Source: a virus
Lineage: Duplodnaviria; Caudoviricetes
Virus record (IMG/VR): IMGVR_UViG_3300043171_000124
Location: 1-34,624 of that record
Strand: one strand, 5' to 3'
DNA: 34,624 nt
The position numbers were made by a program, and so were the translations under genes. Numbering within the stretch: the first letter of the stretch is position 1; each line of letters begins with the position of its first letter. This document shows, in pieces, positions 9,160-16,424 of the stretch. The notes under the pieces are model-generated. The model did no database searches. It was not told the origin of the DNA and saw nothing but the letters and a program-made list of their open reading frames with translations.

Positions 9160-9702
9160 TTGGAGAAAATGAAAACGCTAACAGTGGCAGTGGCAGAAGC
9201 TTTAATAGCTTTAGGGAATGGTGAGAAGGTTACGAGTGATTATTTGAAAGATAATGAATATATGTTCTTAGATAAAAATTGTGGCTTAATTAGCATTATG
9301 GGAGGTGTAGAGAATTATGATGTGAATAGTGTGCTTGTTGAAGATAGCCTCAGAATCTACGAAGAGTTTACTTATCCTATGTGGTTTGAGAATAAATCTA
9401 CTAAAGCAATCGTTAAATTTTCAAGCCTTAAAAAAGGCGTTTATGTAACGGCAGGAGCAAATAGAAAAGTTGGTGAAGCTTGTGATTCTTTTATTAGTCA
9501 TACTGATGTTTCGTGCTGGCAACAAGTAGAAGAACCAAAGAAGATGATTAAGGTTGCTAAGTATGCTTTTGTAAATAATGATTGTTGGGGAGAAACTGCT
9601 AACTTTTATAAAGATGATGCTGATTTTATAGCTAAATTGGCGCATGTTAAAAACTTCAAACGCTTGGACTACACAGAAATAGAGGTGGAAGACTATGAGT
9701 AA
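9160..9702 (+). CDS. Hypothetical early protein
   Basis: 180 aa ORF (ATG 9169 is an alternative start). Confidence 0.7.
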   Translation: MEKMKTLTVAVAEALIALGNGEKVTSDYLKDNEYMFLDKNCGLISIMGGVENYDVNSVLVEDSLRIYEEFTYPMWFENKSTKAIVKFSSLKKGVYVTAGANRKVGEACDSFISHTDVSCWQQVEEPKKMIKVAKYAFVNNDCWGETANFYKDDADFIAKLAHVKNFKRLDYTEIEVEDYE

Positions 9703-9735
9703 GCTACTAAATATAATTGAGTATTACTGTCTTAA

Positions 9736-9978
9736 ATGGTCAAAAAAGGTTTTCTAATGGACATTGACGAAAGAGAAATGGAACGCGAAAACCACGCTAA
9801 AGACATACTTCACGAAAAACAAATGAGAGATGAAGAGTATTTTATGGAGTGGACTATCGAGAACTTTCATTTCAGTAAAGCGATAAGTTTGTGTGATGCG
9901 GTAGATGTTCTAACCAAACATTGTTTTGAGTACGACCAAGATGTAAAAGTCTTGTTTAAACTGATGGGAGAAGTATAA
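9736..9978 (+). CDS. Hypothetical protein
   Basis: 80 aa acidic ORF within the operon. Confidence 0.6.
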   Translation: MVKKGFLMDIDEREMERENHAKDILHEKQMRDEEYFMEWTIENFHFSKAISLCDAVDVLTKHCFEYDQDVKVLFKLMGEV

Positions 9979-10102
9979 TGGAAGATTTAAAAGTTTATTT
10001 GATAGCAGTTATTGAGAGTCTTAAAGATGAGGATGAAGCGTATCTAAAAGGATATACGGAAGCTCACAGAGATATACTTAAAAGAATAGAAAAGGATGGA
10101 AA

Positions 10103-10600
10103 ATGACAACATATGATATAGGAAAAGAGTTTTTTGAGCTTCAAGAGTTGCTAAACCTTGAAGAGTTTGACGAATTAACCGGTGAACTGATTGACAATTC
10201 TGAAACGATAAAAGAACTGTCTGATAATTTAATGATGGCAAAAGAAGAAAAAGCAGATGGAATATCTTATATTATCAAAGATTTTAAAGATAGTGAAGCT
10301 TCTTTAGCAAGTGAGATAAAAAGACTGCAAGAGCGTAAAGCTATGATGGTTAGGAAGCAAGAACAACTTAAACAGTTACTTGGATACCTTTTGCACGGGG
10401 AGAAGCTTAAAACGGATAAATTTACTTTCTTTTATGCGACTACACAAAAAGTAATAATTACAGATGATACACTTATACCGGAAAAATTCTTAAAAGTTGA
10501 ATATAAAGTTGATAAAGCTTTAGTAAAAAAACAACTTCAAGAGTTTAAAGAGGTCGAGGGTGCAACACTAGAAATTACTGAAAGTTTGAGGATAAGATAA
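10103..10600 (+). CDS. Siphovirus Gp157 / Mu Gam-like protein
   Basis: EEKADGISYIIK...EIKRLQERK...IPEKFLK...VDKALVKKQL..VEGATL...SLRIR; adjacent to the recombinase. Confidence 0.9.
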   Translation: MTTYDIGKEFFELQELLNLEEFDELTGELIDNSETIKELSDNLMMAKEEKADGISYIIKDFKDSEASLASEIKRLQERKAMMVRKQEQLKQLLGYLLHGEKLKTDKFTFFYATTQKVIITDDTLIPEKFLKVEYKVDKALVKKQLQEFKEVEGATLEITESLRIR

Positions 10601-11220
10601 TGAGTGAAAAGAAACACGGAAATTTAGAGCTATGGGGAAAGGTTGAGAAGACTGATCCAAAATTCACAAAAAAAGTAACCTTTGGCAGAAAGTACACAGC
10701 GATTGATGCTCAATATCAAATAATGAATGCAACGGAGCAATTCGGTACTTATGGTAAATGGGGATTAAAAGATATTACTCACGAAAAGATATTTATAGCA
10801 GATGAAATTTTATTAGAGATAAAATGTAAATTCTTTTATCCTGATGGAGAGTTTGAAATGAATAACTGCTCTATGCTTTTAGCTAAAGACAAAAACGGCA
10901 ATCTTAGAATTGATACAGATGCTTATAAAAAACTTGAAACTGACACTCTAACTAAAGCACTTAGTAAACTTGGTTTTAATGCTGATATTTTCTTAGGTAT
11001 GTATGAAGACCAAAACTATGTCAATGAAGTTGGTGCAGAGTTCACGCAAATTAATAACGAGCAGAGAGTTATTTTATCTAAACTTATTACTGAAACAAAC
11101 ACAGATATAAAAGTGTTTAACGAGCATTTCAACATTGATACAGTTGCAGAAATGGCACAGAGTGACTATCAAAAAGCACTTGCGATGCTAAATAGTAAAA
11201 AGAACAAAAAAGATAAGTAA
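10600..11220 (+). CDS. Single-strand annealing protein (Sak/Rad52-like recombinase)
   Basis: TDPKFTK..TAIDAQYQIMNATEQFG..KKLETDTLTKALSKLGFNADIFLG; context Gp157-SSAP-SSB. Confidence 0.78.
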   Translation: MSEKKHGNLELWGKVEKTDPKFTKKVTFGRKYTAIDAQYQIMNATEQFGTYGKWGLKDITHEKIFIADEILLEIKCKFFYPDGEFEMNNCSMLLAKDKNGNLRIDTDAYKKLETDTLTKALSKLGFNADIFLGMYEDQNYVNEVGAEFTQINNEQRVILSKLITETNTDIKVFNEHFNIDTVAEMAQSDYQKALAMLNSKKNKKDK

Positions 11221-11582
11221 TGAACATATCTTCTAACTTCAACCGCTTCTATCACAAAGCAGTTTTAACAGAACTGTATCGAAAGTGTGGAACATTGAAG
11301 TTTAGACTATGGATAGATAACGAAACAGGAGGTATCTTTGAGTTTATAAAAGGCGAACATTTTAACGATATGGACGACCTTAAACAGTTGCTAAAAAATA
11401 TGAATGTTGATTATGCAGTTGAGGGAGATAGTAAAATCTCAACAAGTGAAATAGATAGTAAAGCATTATCACAGCATATTGAATTTGTAATTTCTTTAGC
11501 TGGAGAAAATGGAATAGAGTTTGGATTTATTCAAGACGAATGGGAACGCTTGTTAAATCAAACACATAACTATCATAGATAG
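11220..11582 (+). CDS. Hypothetical protein, possibly NinB/DUF1367-like
   Basis: NRFYH...STSEIDSKALSQHIEFVISLAGENGI resembles the NinB-like C-terminus; recombination context. Confidence 0.5.
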   Translation: MNISSNFNRFYHKAVLTELYRKCGTLKFRLWIDNETGGIFEFIKGEHFNDMDDLKQLLKNMNVDYAVEGDSKISTSEIDSKALSQHIEFVISLAGENGIEFGFIQDEWERLLNQTHNYHR

Positions 11583-11607
11583 TATTTTAAGATATGTATA
11601 AAAGGAA

Positions 11608-11793
11608 ATGAAGATGAACACGATAGTAAAAATAATAATGTGGATAATAGGGTTATTTGTAGTAGTTGGACCTTGGGTTTATCATTTAGTTTATTGTTTT
11701 AAACAACAAGAGTATATATTACTTCTAGTTGGTGGGATAATCCCTCCGATTGGATGGATACATGGGCTTGGCGCTTTTTTAGGGTGGTGGTAA
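11608..11793 (+). CDS. Small membrane protein
   Basis: Two hydrophobic segments; PPIGWIHGLG motif. Confidence 0.7.
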   Translation: MKMNTIVKIIMWIIGLFVVVGPWVYHLVYCFKQQEYILLLVGGIIPPIGWIHGLGAFLGWW

Positions 11794-11794
11794 G

Positions 11795-12325
11795 ATGTCT
11801 TACAATAAAATAATATTAGTCGGTAATCTCACAAGAGATATAGAGTTGCGTTACAGTCAGTCAGGTATGGGAATTGCAAACACAGCTATTGCCACATCAA
11901 GAAAGTTCACAAGCAATGGTGAGAAAAAAGAAGAGGTGTGTTTTGTTGATATAACTTTTTTTGCTCGTAGTGCTGAAGTTGCAAACCAGTACCTTAGAAA
12001 AGGCTCAAAGATTTTAGTTGAGGGCAGACTTAACTTTGACCAATGGGTAGATCAAAATGGACAGAAACGCTCTAAACACTCTGTAGTGGTTGAAACAATG
12101 CAGATGCTCGATAGTAAAGGTGAATCAAACAACGGTGAAACAAATCAAGCTCCTACACAAGGGCATCAAGCAGGACATGGTGACAATCAGGCATCTTCCA
12201 ATCAAACAACTCAGCATCAACAACAGACTCAGAGCTATCAACAGCCCGAACAACAAACTCAACAGCGACCAAGTGCAAACAGTGTTCCGGTGATTGACAT
12301 AGATGAAGATGAAATCCCTTTTTAG
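11795..12325 (+). CDS. ssb: Single-stranded DNA-binding protein
   Basis: YNKIILVGNLTRDIELRY...EEVCFVDITFF...KGSKILVEGRL; Q-rich linker; acidic tip IDIDEDEIPF of Campylobacterota style. Confidence 0.97.
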   Translation: MSYNKIILVGNLTRDIELRYSQSGMGIANTAIATSRKFTSNGEKKEEVCFVDITFFARSAEVANQYLRKGSKILVEGRLNFDQWVDQNGQKRSKHSVVVETMQMLDSKGESNNGETNQAPTQGHQAGHGDNQASSNQTTQHQQQTQSYQQPEQQTQQRPSANSVPVIDIDEDEIPF

Positions 12326-12333
12326 GAGCTACG

Positions 12334-12459
12334 ATGAAAGACAGACAAGCAATCCAAGCTGCTCTAATGGTAGCACTTAAGACAAAAGAGTTTTGGACTA
12401 AAGAAGTAGTGCGGTTGATTAATTTGTTAGAGAAAAGAGGTGAGGAAGATGCTAACTAA
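12334..12459 (+). CDS. Small hypothetical protein (41 aa)
   Basis: SD AGGAG; MKDRQAIQAALMVALKTKEFW... Confidence 0.55.
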   Translation: MKDRQAIQAALMVALKTKEFWTKEVVRLINLLEKRGEEDAN

Positions 12460-12592
12460 AAAAGCTCAGACTAGCAATAAAAGGTTAAAGCCGAAAGTGA
12501 AAACTAAAAAGTTAAAATACCGCTTCACAGTAAACAGCGATGGCTTCTTAGTGGCAAGGGCATATTATGTTATTCCGCTTAGAAAAGTCTGA
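12449..12592 (+). CDS. Small basic hypothetical protein (47 aa)
   Basis: SD GAGG; MLTKKAQTSNKRLKPKVK... Confidence 0.45.
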   Translation: MLTKKAQTSNKRLKPKVKTKKLKYRFTVNSDGFLVARAYYVIPLRKV

Positions 12593-12623
12593 TATGGTAC
12601 AATATTGAAATAAAAGGATTAAA

Positions 12624-12743
12624 ATGTTTGAACTAGATTATATTGATTGGGCGATTATCGTATTTTGTGTTGTTGGTGTAATTATTCTTGAGGTTGCTAT
12701 TTCTAGAAGCAGAAAATGGGGTGAAAATCCTAAGTTGTTTTAA
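12624..12743 (+). CDS. Small single-pass membrane protein (39 aa)
   Basis: SD AAGGA; WAIIVFCVVGVIILEVAI; TGGTACAAT -10-like element upstream. Confidence 0.55.
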   Translation: MFELDYIDWAIIVFCVVGVIILEVAISRSRKWGENPKLF

Positions 12744-12915
12744 GTGGTTATGGTATACTTATATTCACTATTCGAAAAAAAGATGTAAATTTAAATAAAG
12801 GATTGACATGAAAAAGATTTTATGCCCTGGTATATCAGGTGGCTAAATGGGGCGAAGAAGACTAGCCTCGTAGTACATAGGTTTTTACTTATGTACATCT
12901 AAGAACTTTTGATGG

Positions 12916-12988
12916 AGTGGTATAGCTTAACGGTTAGAGCATTTAAGGTCGATTGTGGTCGATGCTGGTTCGAATCCAGCTACCACTT
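12916..12988 (+). tRNA. tRNA-like element / pseudo-tRNA with aberrant anticodon arm
   Basis: Acceptor AGTGGTA/TACCACT, D arm TAGCTTAACGGTTAGAGC and T arm GCTGG-TTCGAAT-CCAGC are intact. The canonical anticodon stem does not pair, and there is no encoded CCA. Confidence 0.75.
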
Positions 12989-13001
12989 CACAAAGAGTTT
13001 A

Positions 13002-13010
13002 TGTTATAAT
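13002..13010 (+). promoter_or_regulatory. Extended -10 promoter (TGTTATAAT)
   Basis: Predicted start at about 13016-13017 coincides with the first base of a long RNA helix. Confidence 0.65.
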
Positions 13011-13015
13011 TAGAT

Positions 13016-13107
13016 TGAGTTTTTAATCGAGGATAGTGATACAATAGTTTTAGGTGACCCAAACCACCTCGCTCCTATTTGTTGACCTGTCTTTGATTAA
13101 GGATTCA
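13016..13107 (+). ncRNA. Candidate 92-nt rod-like structured RNA / leader
   Basis: 21 consecutive pairs (13016-13036 with 13087-13107) including 6 G-U; inner stems AATAG/CTATT and AGGTG/CACCT. Confidence 0.6.
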
Positions 13108-13173
13108 CGAGAGCGTTAAAGTTTGGATTTTTTCTTACTCTCCCTTAAATTTAATTATCCAGAAAATGAAGAT

Positions 13174-13917
13174 ATGAAAGATATATTAAACAAAATTCAT
13201 TTAGGTGATAGTTTAGAGTTAATGAAGCAATTGCCAGATAATTGTGTGGACTTGATTGTGACTGATCCGCCTTATCAGATAAACAGTACAAAGGCAGGAG
13301 GGAAAAGCAATCTTGCTAAATCGTTTCAAAAAGTTAATGACGAGATAGAAGATCTTAATATTGTTAATGGGTTCAATAAAGAGATTTTAGATCAGCTTGT
13401 TAGAATAAATAAAAAAGTTAATATGTATTTTTTCTGTAACAAAGCTCAAATACCAATGTATTTTGATTATTTTGTGAGAGATCTAGGGTGTAGTTTTGAT
13501 ATTATAAAATGGGTTAAAACAAATGCAGTTCCAACTTTTAGCAATAAATATTTATCCGATACCGAATATTGTCTATATTTTAGAAAAGGTGGTTACTGCA
13601 ATCCTGAAAATTACAAAGATGCATCAACGCTTTATATAGATCCTATAAACATAACAGATAAAAAAGACTATCAACATCCAACAATAAAACCATTAAATCT
13701 TATAAAAAGAATAATAAAAAATAGCAGTAAAAAGAATGAGATCATAATTGATCCGTTTATGGGAAGTGGTACAACTGCAAACGCTTGTATAAATCTTGAT
13801 AGACAATTCATCGGTTACGAAATAGAACCGAAATACCACGCTATTGCTTGTGAAAGAGTAGAAAGAGCCAAAGGAAACTTTGGATTGTTTGAGGGTTTAG
13901 AAAATGAACCAATCTAA
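13174..13917 (+). CDS. Orphan DNA methyltransferase (N6-adenine/N4-cytosine, beta class)
   Basis: VTDPPY (motif IV) precedes HPTIKP and IDPFMGSGTT (motif I). ATG 13174 preferred over TTG 13123. Confidence 0.95.
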   Translation: MKDILNKIHLGDSLELMKQLPDNCVDLIVTDPPYQINSTKAGGKSNLAKSFQKVNDEIEDLNIVNGFNKEILDQLVRINKKVNMYFFCNKAQIPMYFDYFVRDLGCSFDIIKWVKTNAVPTFSNKYLSDTEYCLYFRKGGYCNPENYKDASTLYIDPINITDKKDYQHPTIKPLNLIKRIIKNSSKKNEIIIDPFMGSGTTANACINLDRQFIGYEIEPKYHAIACERVERAKGNFGLFEGLENEPI

Positions 13918-14119
13918 AAAACATTCACTCTATGAAAGCATAACAAACATTTTAATAGGCTACGCAGTAGCTGTAATAAGCCAGATACTAATATTTCCGC
14001 TATTTGGTATAAATGTACCAATTGAAGATAATTTGCTTATAGGGCTTTATTTTACAATCATTAGTATAGCAAGAAGTTACACAGTAAGAAGATTTTATAT
14101 TTTAATTGGAAGAGGATAA
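13904..14119 (+). CDS. Small two-TM phage membrane protein
   Basis: QSKKHSLYESITNILIGY...SIARSYTVRRFY, a pattern common in phage genomes. Confidence 0.75.
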   Translation: MNQSKKHSLYESITNILIGYAVAVISQILIFPLFGINVPIEDNLLIGLYFTIISIARSYTVRRFYILIGRG

Positions 14120-14459
14120 AATGAGAATCTACAGAGCAAAGATGCAAAACATGGGAATCATCGAAAAAGACATCTTAACCATTCAGAATAAAGCTAATGG
14201 CTTTAGAACTGTTACGGTTAAAGATATAATGATTATCGACAACAGAGGGTACAAATGTGCTGCTCCAAGTTTTAATCTAAATGACCTTATTATCGCTCAA
14301 GCTGAGTTCACAGAAAACGTAAGGTCTCAAGTCAAAAAAAGAAATGTTGAGGTTTTAGCAATTCTTAGAAAACTTAGAGATGATTTGATTGAAAAAGATT
14401 TAGATTTTAAAAGGGTGCAAAACTTAAAAAAGGACAGCGTAACTGCTGATATGGTGTAA
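14106..14459 (+). CDS. Hypothetical protein
   Basis: 117 aa ORF; ATG 14121 after GAGGA is the likelier start. Confidence 0.65.
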   Translation: MEEDKMRIYRAKMQNMGIIEKDILTIQNKANGFRTVTVKDIMIIDNRGYKCAAPSFNLNDLIIAQAEFTENVRSQVKKRNVEVLAILRKLRDDLIEKDLDFKRVQNLKKDSVTADMV

Positions 14460-14464
14460 GGGTT

Positions 14465-15106
14465 ATGACAGATTTAATATTATTATTAATGAGTATAGGT
14501 ATTTTTTACTTAATTTATTTATTTACAAGAGATGCTGTAACAAAAAGTGTATATTCAACATTTAGTGAATCAGGGAAATCACTAATGACTAGATACGCAA
14601 TAGCAAAAATTGTGAAAGAAGTAGAAACATTTAATTTCACATTATACACAATTATTTCACATTATAATGAGACATTCACTATATGGAGAAGCAATAATGA
14701 TATGCCTTATCTTCATGGTGCTAATAGTTTTGATATTTATATAGTTGATGAACAATATAGTAGAGATTATATAAATAATGGGCATTGCAAGGAATATGAT
14801 ATGTTTAAATTAAAAGAGTCTTGGATATACATAAGTTCTTATATATTAGGAGAAGTACAAAAGCAAGTAACTGAGGAGCAGTTTACTAATTTAATGGTAA
14901 ATGTTTATAAACAATCAGCATCTGATGTTAGAGGACATACTCTATTACTAGACCATAAGAAAAGCAATATATTCATGCAAATAGAATTTGCTACTCCTTT
15001 TGACAAGATGCAGTATGATATAAAGTATTGTGATGGTGATATGTATAATGAAATTAGACACTATTTACCTAAAAATATAAGAACACTTGTAAATATCAAC
15101 CAATGA
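14465..15106 (+). CDS. Hypothetical protein with N-terminal membrane anchor
   Basis: 213 aa; LILLLMSIGIFYLIYLF; visibly more AT-rich codons than neighbours. Confidence 0.7.
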   Translation: MTDLILLLMSIGIFYLIYLFTRDAVTKSVYSTFSESGKSLMTRYAIAKIVKEVETFNFTLYTIISHYNETFTIWRSNNDMPYLHGANSFDIYIVDEQYSRDYINNGHCKEYDMFKLKESWIYISSYILGEVQKQVTEEQFTNLMVNVYKQSASDVRGHTLLLDHKKSNIFMQIEFATPFDKMQYDIKYCDGDMYNEIRHYLPKNIRTLVNINQ

Positions 15107-15140
15107 AAAACCTACTAATACTTAAATCAAAGGAGTAGTT

Positions 15141-15686
15141 ATGAAAAAAAGAAAATGTAAAGAGTGCAAAGAGTGGTTCACTCCAAGCCCTCATATGTTT
15201 TTACCTCCAACGTGTGAAAAGATGGACTGTCGAATATCTTACGCCAATAAACATTTAGCTAAAAAGAAACTTGAAGTCAAAAAAGAAGCACGAAAAGCAT
15301 TAAAAAAGTTTAACAGTTCAGATATAAACATACTCAAGAGATTAGCTCAAAAACTCTTCAATCAATACATACGGTTAAGAGACGGCAAAATCTGCATCAG
15401 TTGTGGTTTTATAGGAGATGGCAGACAATTCCACTGTGGACATTACAAATCTCAAGGGGGCAACTCACTACTTAGATACAACGAAGATAACTGCCATAGC
15501 CAATGCAGTATATGCAATAACCACCTTTCAGGCAATTTAGTACCTTATCGTGTTAATCTTATAGAGAAAATAGGACTAGCAAGAGTTAAAGAGATGGAAT
15601 CAATGAAAACCATCAAGAAATGGGATGAAGAAGAACTTAGTGAGATTATAACAATTTATAGACAAAAGATTAAGGAGTTGAAATAA
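15141..15686 (+). CDS. ninG: NinG (Rap)-family recombination endonuclease
   Basis: AQKLFNQYIRLRD..CISCG..HCGHYKS.G...LRYNEDNCHSQCSICNNHLSGNL..YRVNLIEKIG. Confidence 0.93.
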   Translation: MKKRKCKECKEWFTPSPHMFLPPTCEKMDCRISYANKHLAKKKLEVKKEARKALKKFNSSDINILKRLAQKLFNQYIRLRDGKICISCGFIGDGRQFHCGHYKSQGGNSLLRYNEDNCHSQCSICNNHLSGNLVPYRVNLIEKIGLARVKEMESMKTIKKWDEEELSEIITIYRQKIKELK

Positions 15687-15711
15687 GATATAATAACAAA
15701 AAGGACAGAAA

Positions 15712-15882
15712 ATGAAAGATGAAGTAATCATAGAAACAGACAGCATTGTTTTTGTATGGAAGCTAGATTCAACAGGAATAGAAGAAATTATACTCCCTGA
15801 AATTCCACAAACTGCTATGGTTGAGGATAATGTCGCCTATAATGCAAAGATTATTTTAACTCCTATTGAAAAAAAAGAATAG
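15712..15882 (+). CDS. Small acidic hypothetical protein (56 aa)
   Basis: SD AAGGA; MKDEVIIETDSIVFVWKLDSTG... Confidence 0.6.
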   Translation: MKDEVIIETDSIVFVWKLDSTGIEEIILPEIPQTAMVEDNVAYNAKIILTPIEKKE

Positions 15883-15885
15883 CTG

Positions 15886-15967
15886 TGGTATAATTATTGT
15901 CTAATCTGATACATTAGACCTATACGGAACATATTTGCTTTACTTATTAATTTAAGTAGGGTATAAT
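15886..15967 (+). promoter_or_regulatory. Tandem -10 promoters (TGGTATAAT 15886-15894; TTTAAGTAGGGTATAAT ending 15967) upstream of the ribozyme-tRNA unit
   Basis: Two perfect TATAAT boxes in an ORF-free region; the second predicts a start at about 15974. Confidence 0.65.
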
Positions 15968-16044
15968 TGTTTTTTTGCGATAGTAAATATTTACAGCGTG
16001 GGCTTCTCAGAGCCGTTGACACAGAAGCATCTAGCCCTACACAA

Positions 16045-16094
16045 CACGCCTGATGAGGATTTTAAATCCGAAACCTTGATTAAAAGGTAGCGTG
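16045..16094 (+). ncRNA. Type I hammerhead ribozyme
   Basis: Stem I CACGC/GCGTG; core CTGATGA (16050-56); stem II GGATT/AATCC; GAAA (16070-73); stem III ACCTT/AAGGT; cleavage triplet GUA with predicted cut between 16089 and 16090. All conserved core positions match. Confidence 0.92.
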
Positions 16095-16158
16095 GAGTCT
16101 CCCAAGTAGGGGAATAACTGGAGACCTAGACGGCTCACACTGTAAGTATTTATAAAAT

Positions 16159-16234
16159 ATGGATAAAGGCTTGATGGTAAGCCGCCTCACTTGGGCTGAG
16201 GAGATTGTAGGTTCGACTCCTACTATCCGTACCA
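16159..16234 (+). tRNA. tRNA-Pro(UGG), atypical
   Basis: Acceptor ATGGATA/TATCCGT, D stem GGCT/AGCC, anticodon arm CCTCA-CT TGG GC-TGAGG, T arm GTAGG-TTCGACT-CCTAC, ACCA end. Confidence 0.88.
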
Positions 16235-16237
16235 TAT

Positions 16238-16311
16238 TACAGGATCGTCTAATGGTAGGACAATACCCTTTGAAGGTATGAATCATGGTTCGAGTCCATG
16301 TCTTGTATCCA
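16238..16311 (+). tRNA. tRNA-Gln(UUG)
   Basis: Acceptor TACAGGA/TCTTGTA (U1-A72), anticodon arm ATACC-CT TTG AA-GGTAT, T arm CATGG-TTCGAGT-CCATG, CCA encoded. Confidence 0.93.
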
Positions 16312-16312
16312 T

Positions 16313-16388
16313 CTTCACTTAGCTCAATCGGTAGAGCATTGGATTCCAAATCCAAAGGTTATAGGTTCAAATCCTATGGTGTTGGCCA
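16313..16388 (+). tRNA. tRNA-Trp(CCA) with mismatched acceptor stem
   Basis: D arm GCTC/GAGC, anticodon arm TTGGA-TT CCA AA-TCCAA, T arm ATAGG-TTCAAAT-CCTAT, GCCA end. Acceptor CTTCACT/GGTGTTG has two U-U mismatches. Confidence 0.8.
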
Positions 16389-16409
16389 TTAAAAGTATTT
16401 ACTTTTTTA

Positions 16410-16418
16410 TGGTATAAT
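16410..16418 (+). promoter_or_regulatory. Extended -10 promoter (TGGTATAAT) into the structured non-coding region
   Basis: Consensus match just downstream of the tRNA array. Confidence 0.6.
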
Positions 16419-16424
16419 AACGAC

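Noticed and set aside
12120-12290. CAA/CAG-rich repeats and alternative-frame ORF 12090..12293
   Set aside because: This is the Gln-rich disordered linker of SSB, not a repeat array or CRISPR.
12800-12900. Small hairpins (GGCTA/TAGCC, GTACATA/TATGTAC) and a 12-codon ORF as a second ribozyme or leader peptide
   Set aside because: No twister, pistol, hatchet or hammerhead core found; too little structure to call.
12916-12988. tRNA-like element as an attP site of a temperate phage
   Set aside because: No integrase is recognisable anywhere in the genome, and the element includes the 5' half, unlike typical att cores.
16080-16355. 91-aa minus-strand ORF
   Set aside because: Antisense shadow of the three tRNAs and the ribozyme; such translations are typical tRNA artefacts.
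16159-16388. Suppressor tRNA / stop-codon reassignment, or a theta ribozyme after the tRNAs
   Set aside because: Anticodons are UGG, UUG and CCA; long genes are intact in the standard code; no HDV-like fold is seen after any tRNA 3' end.
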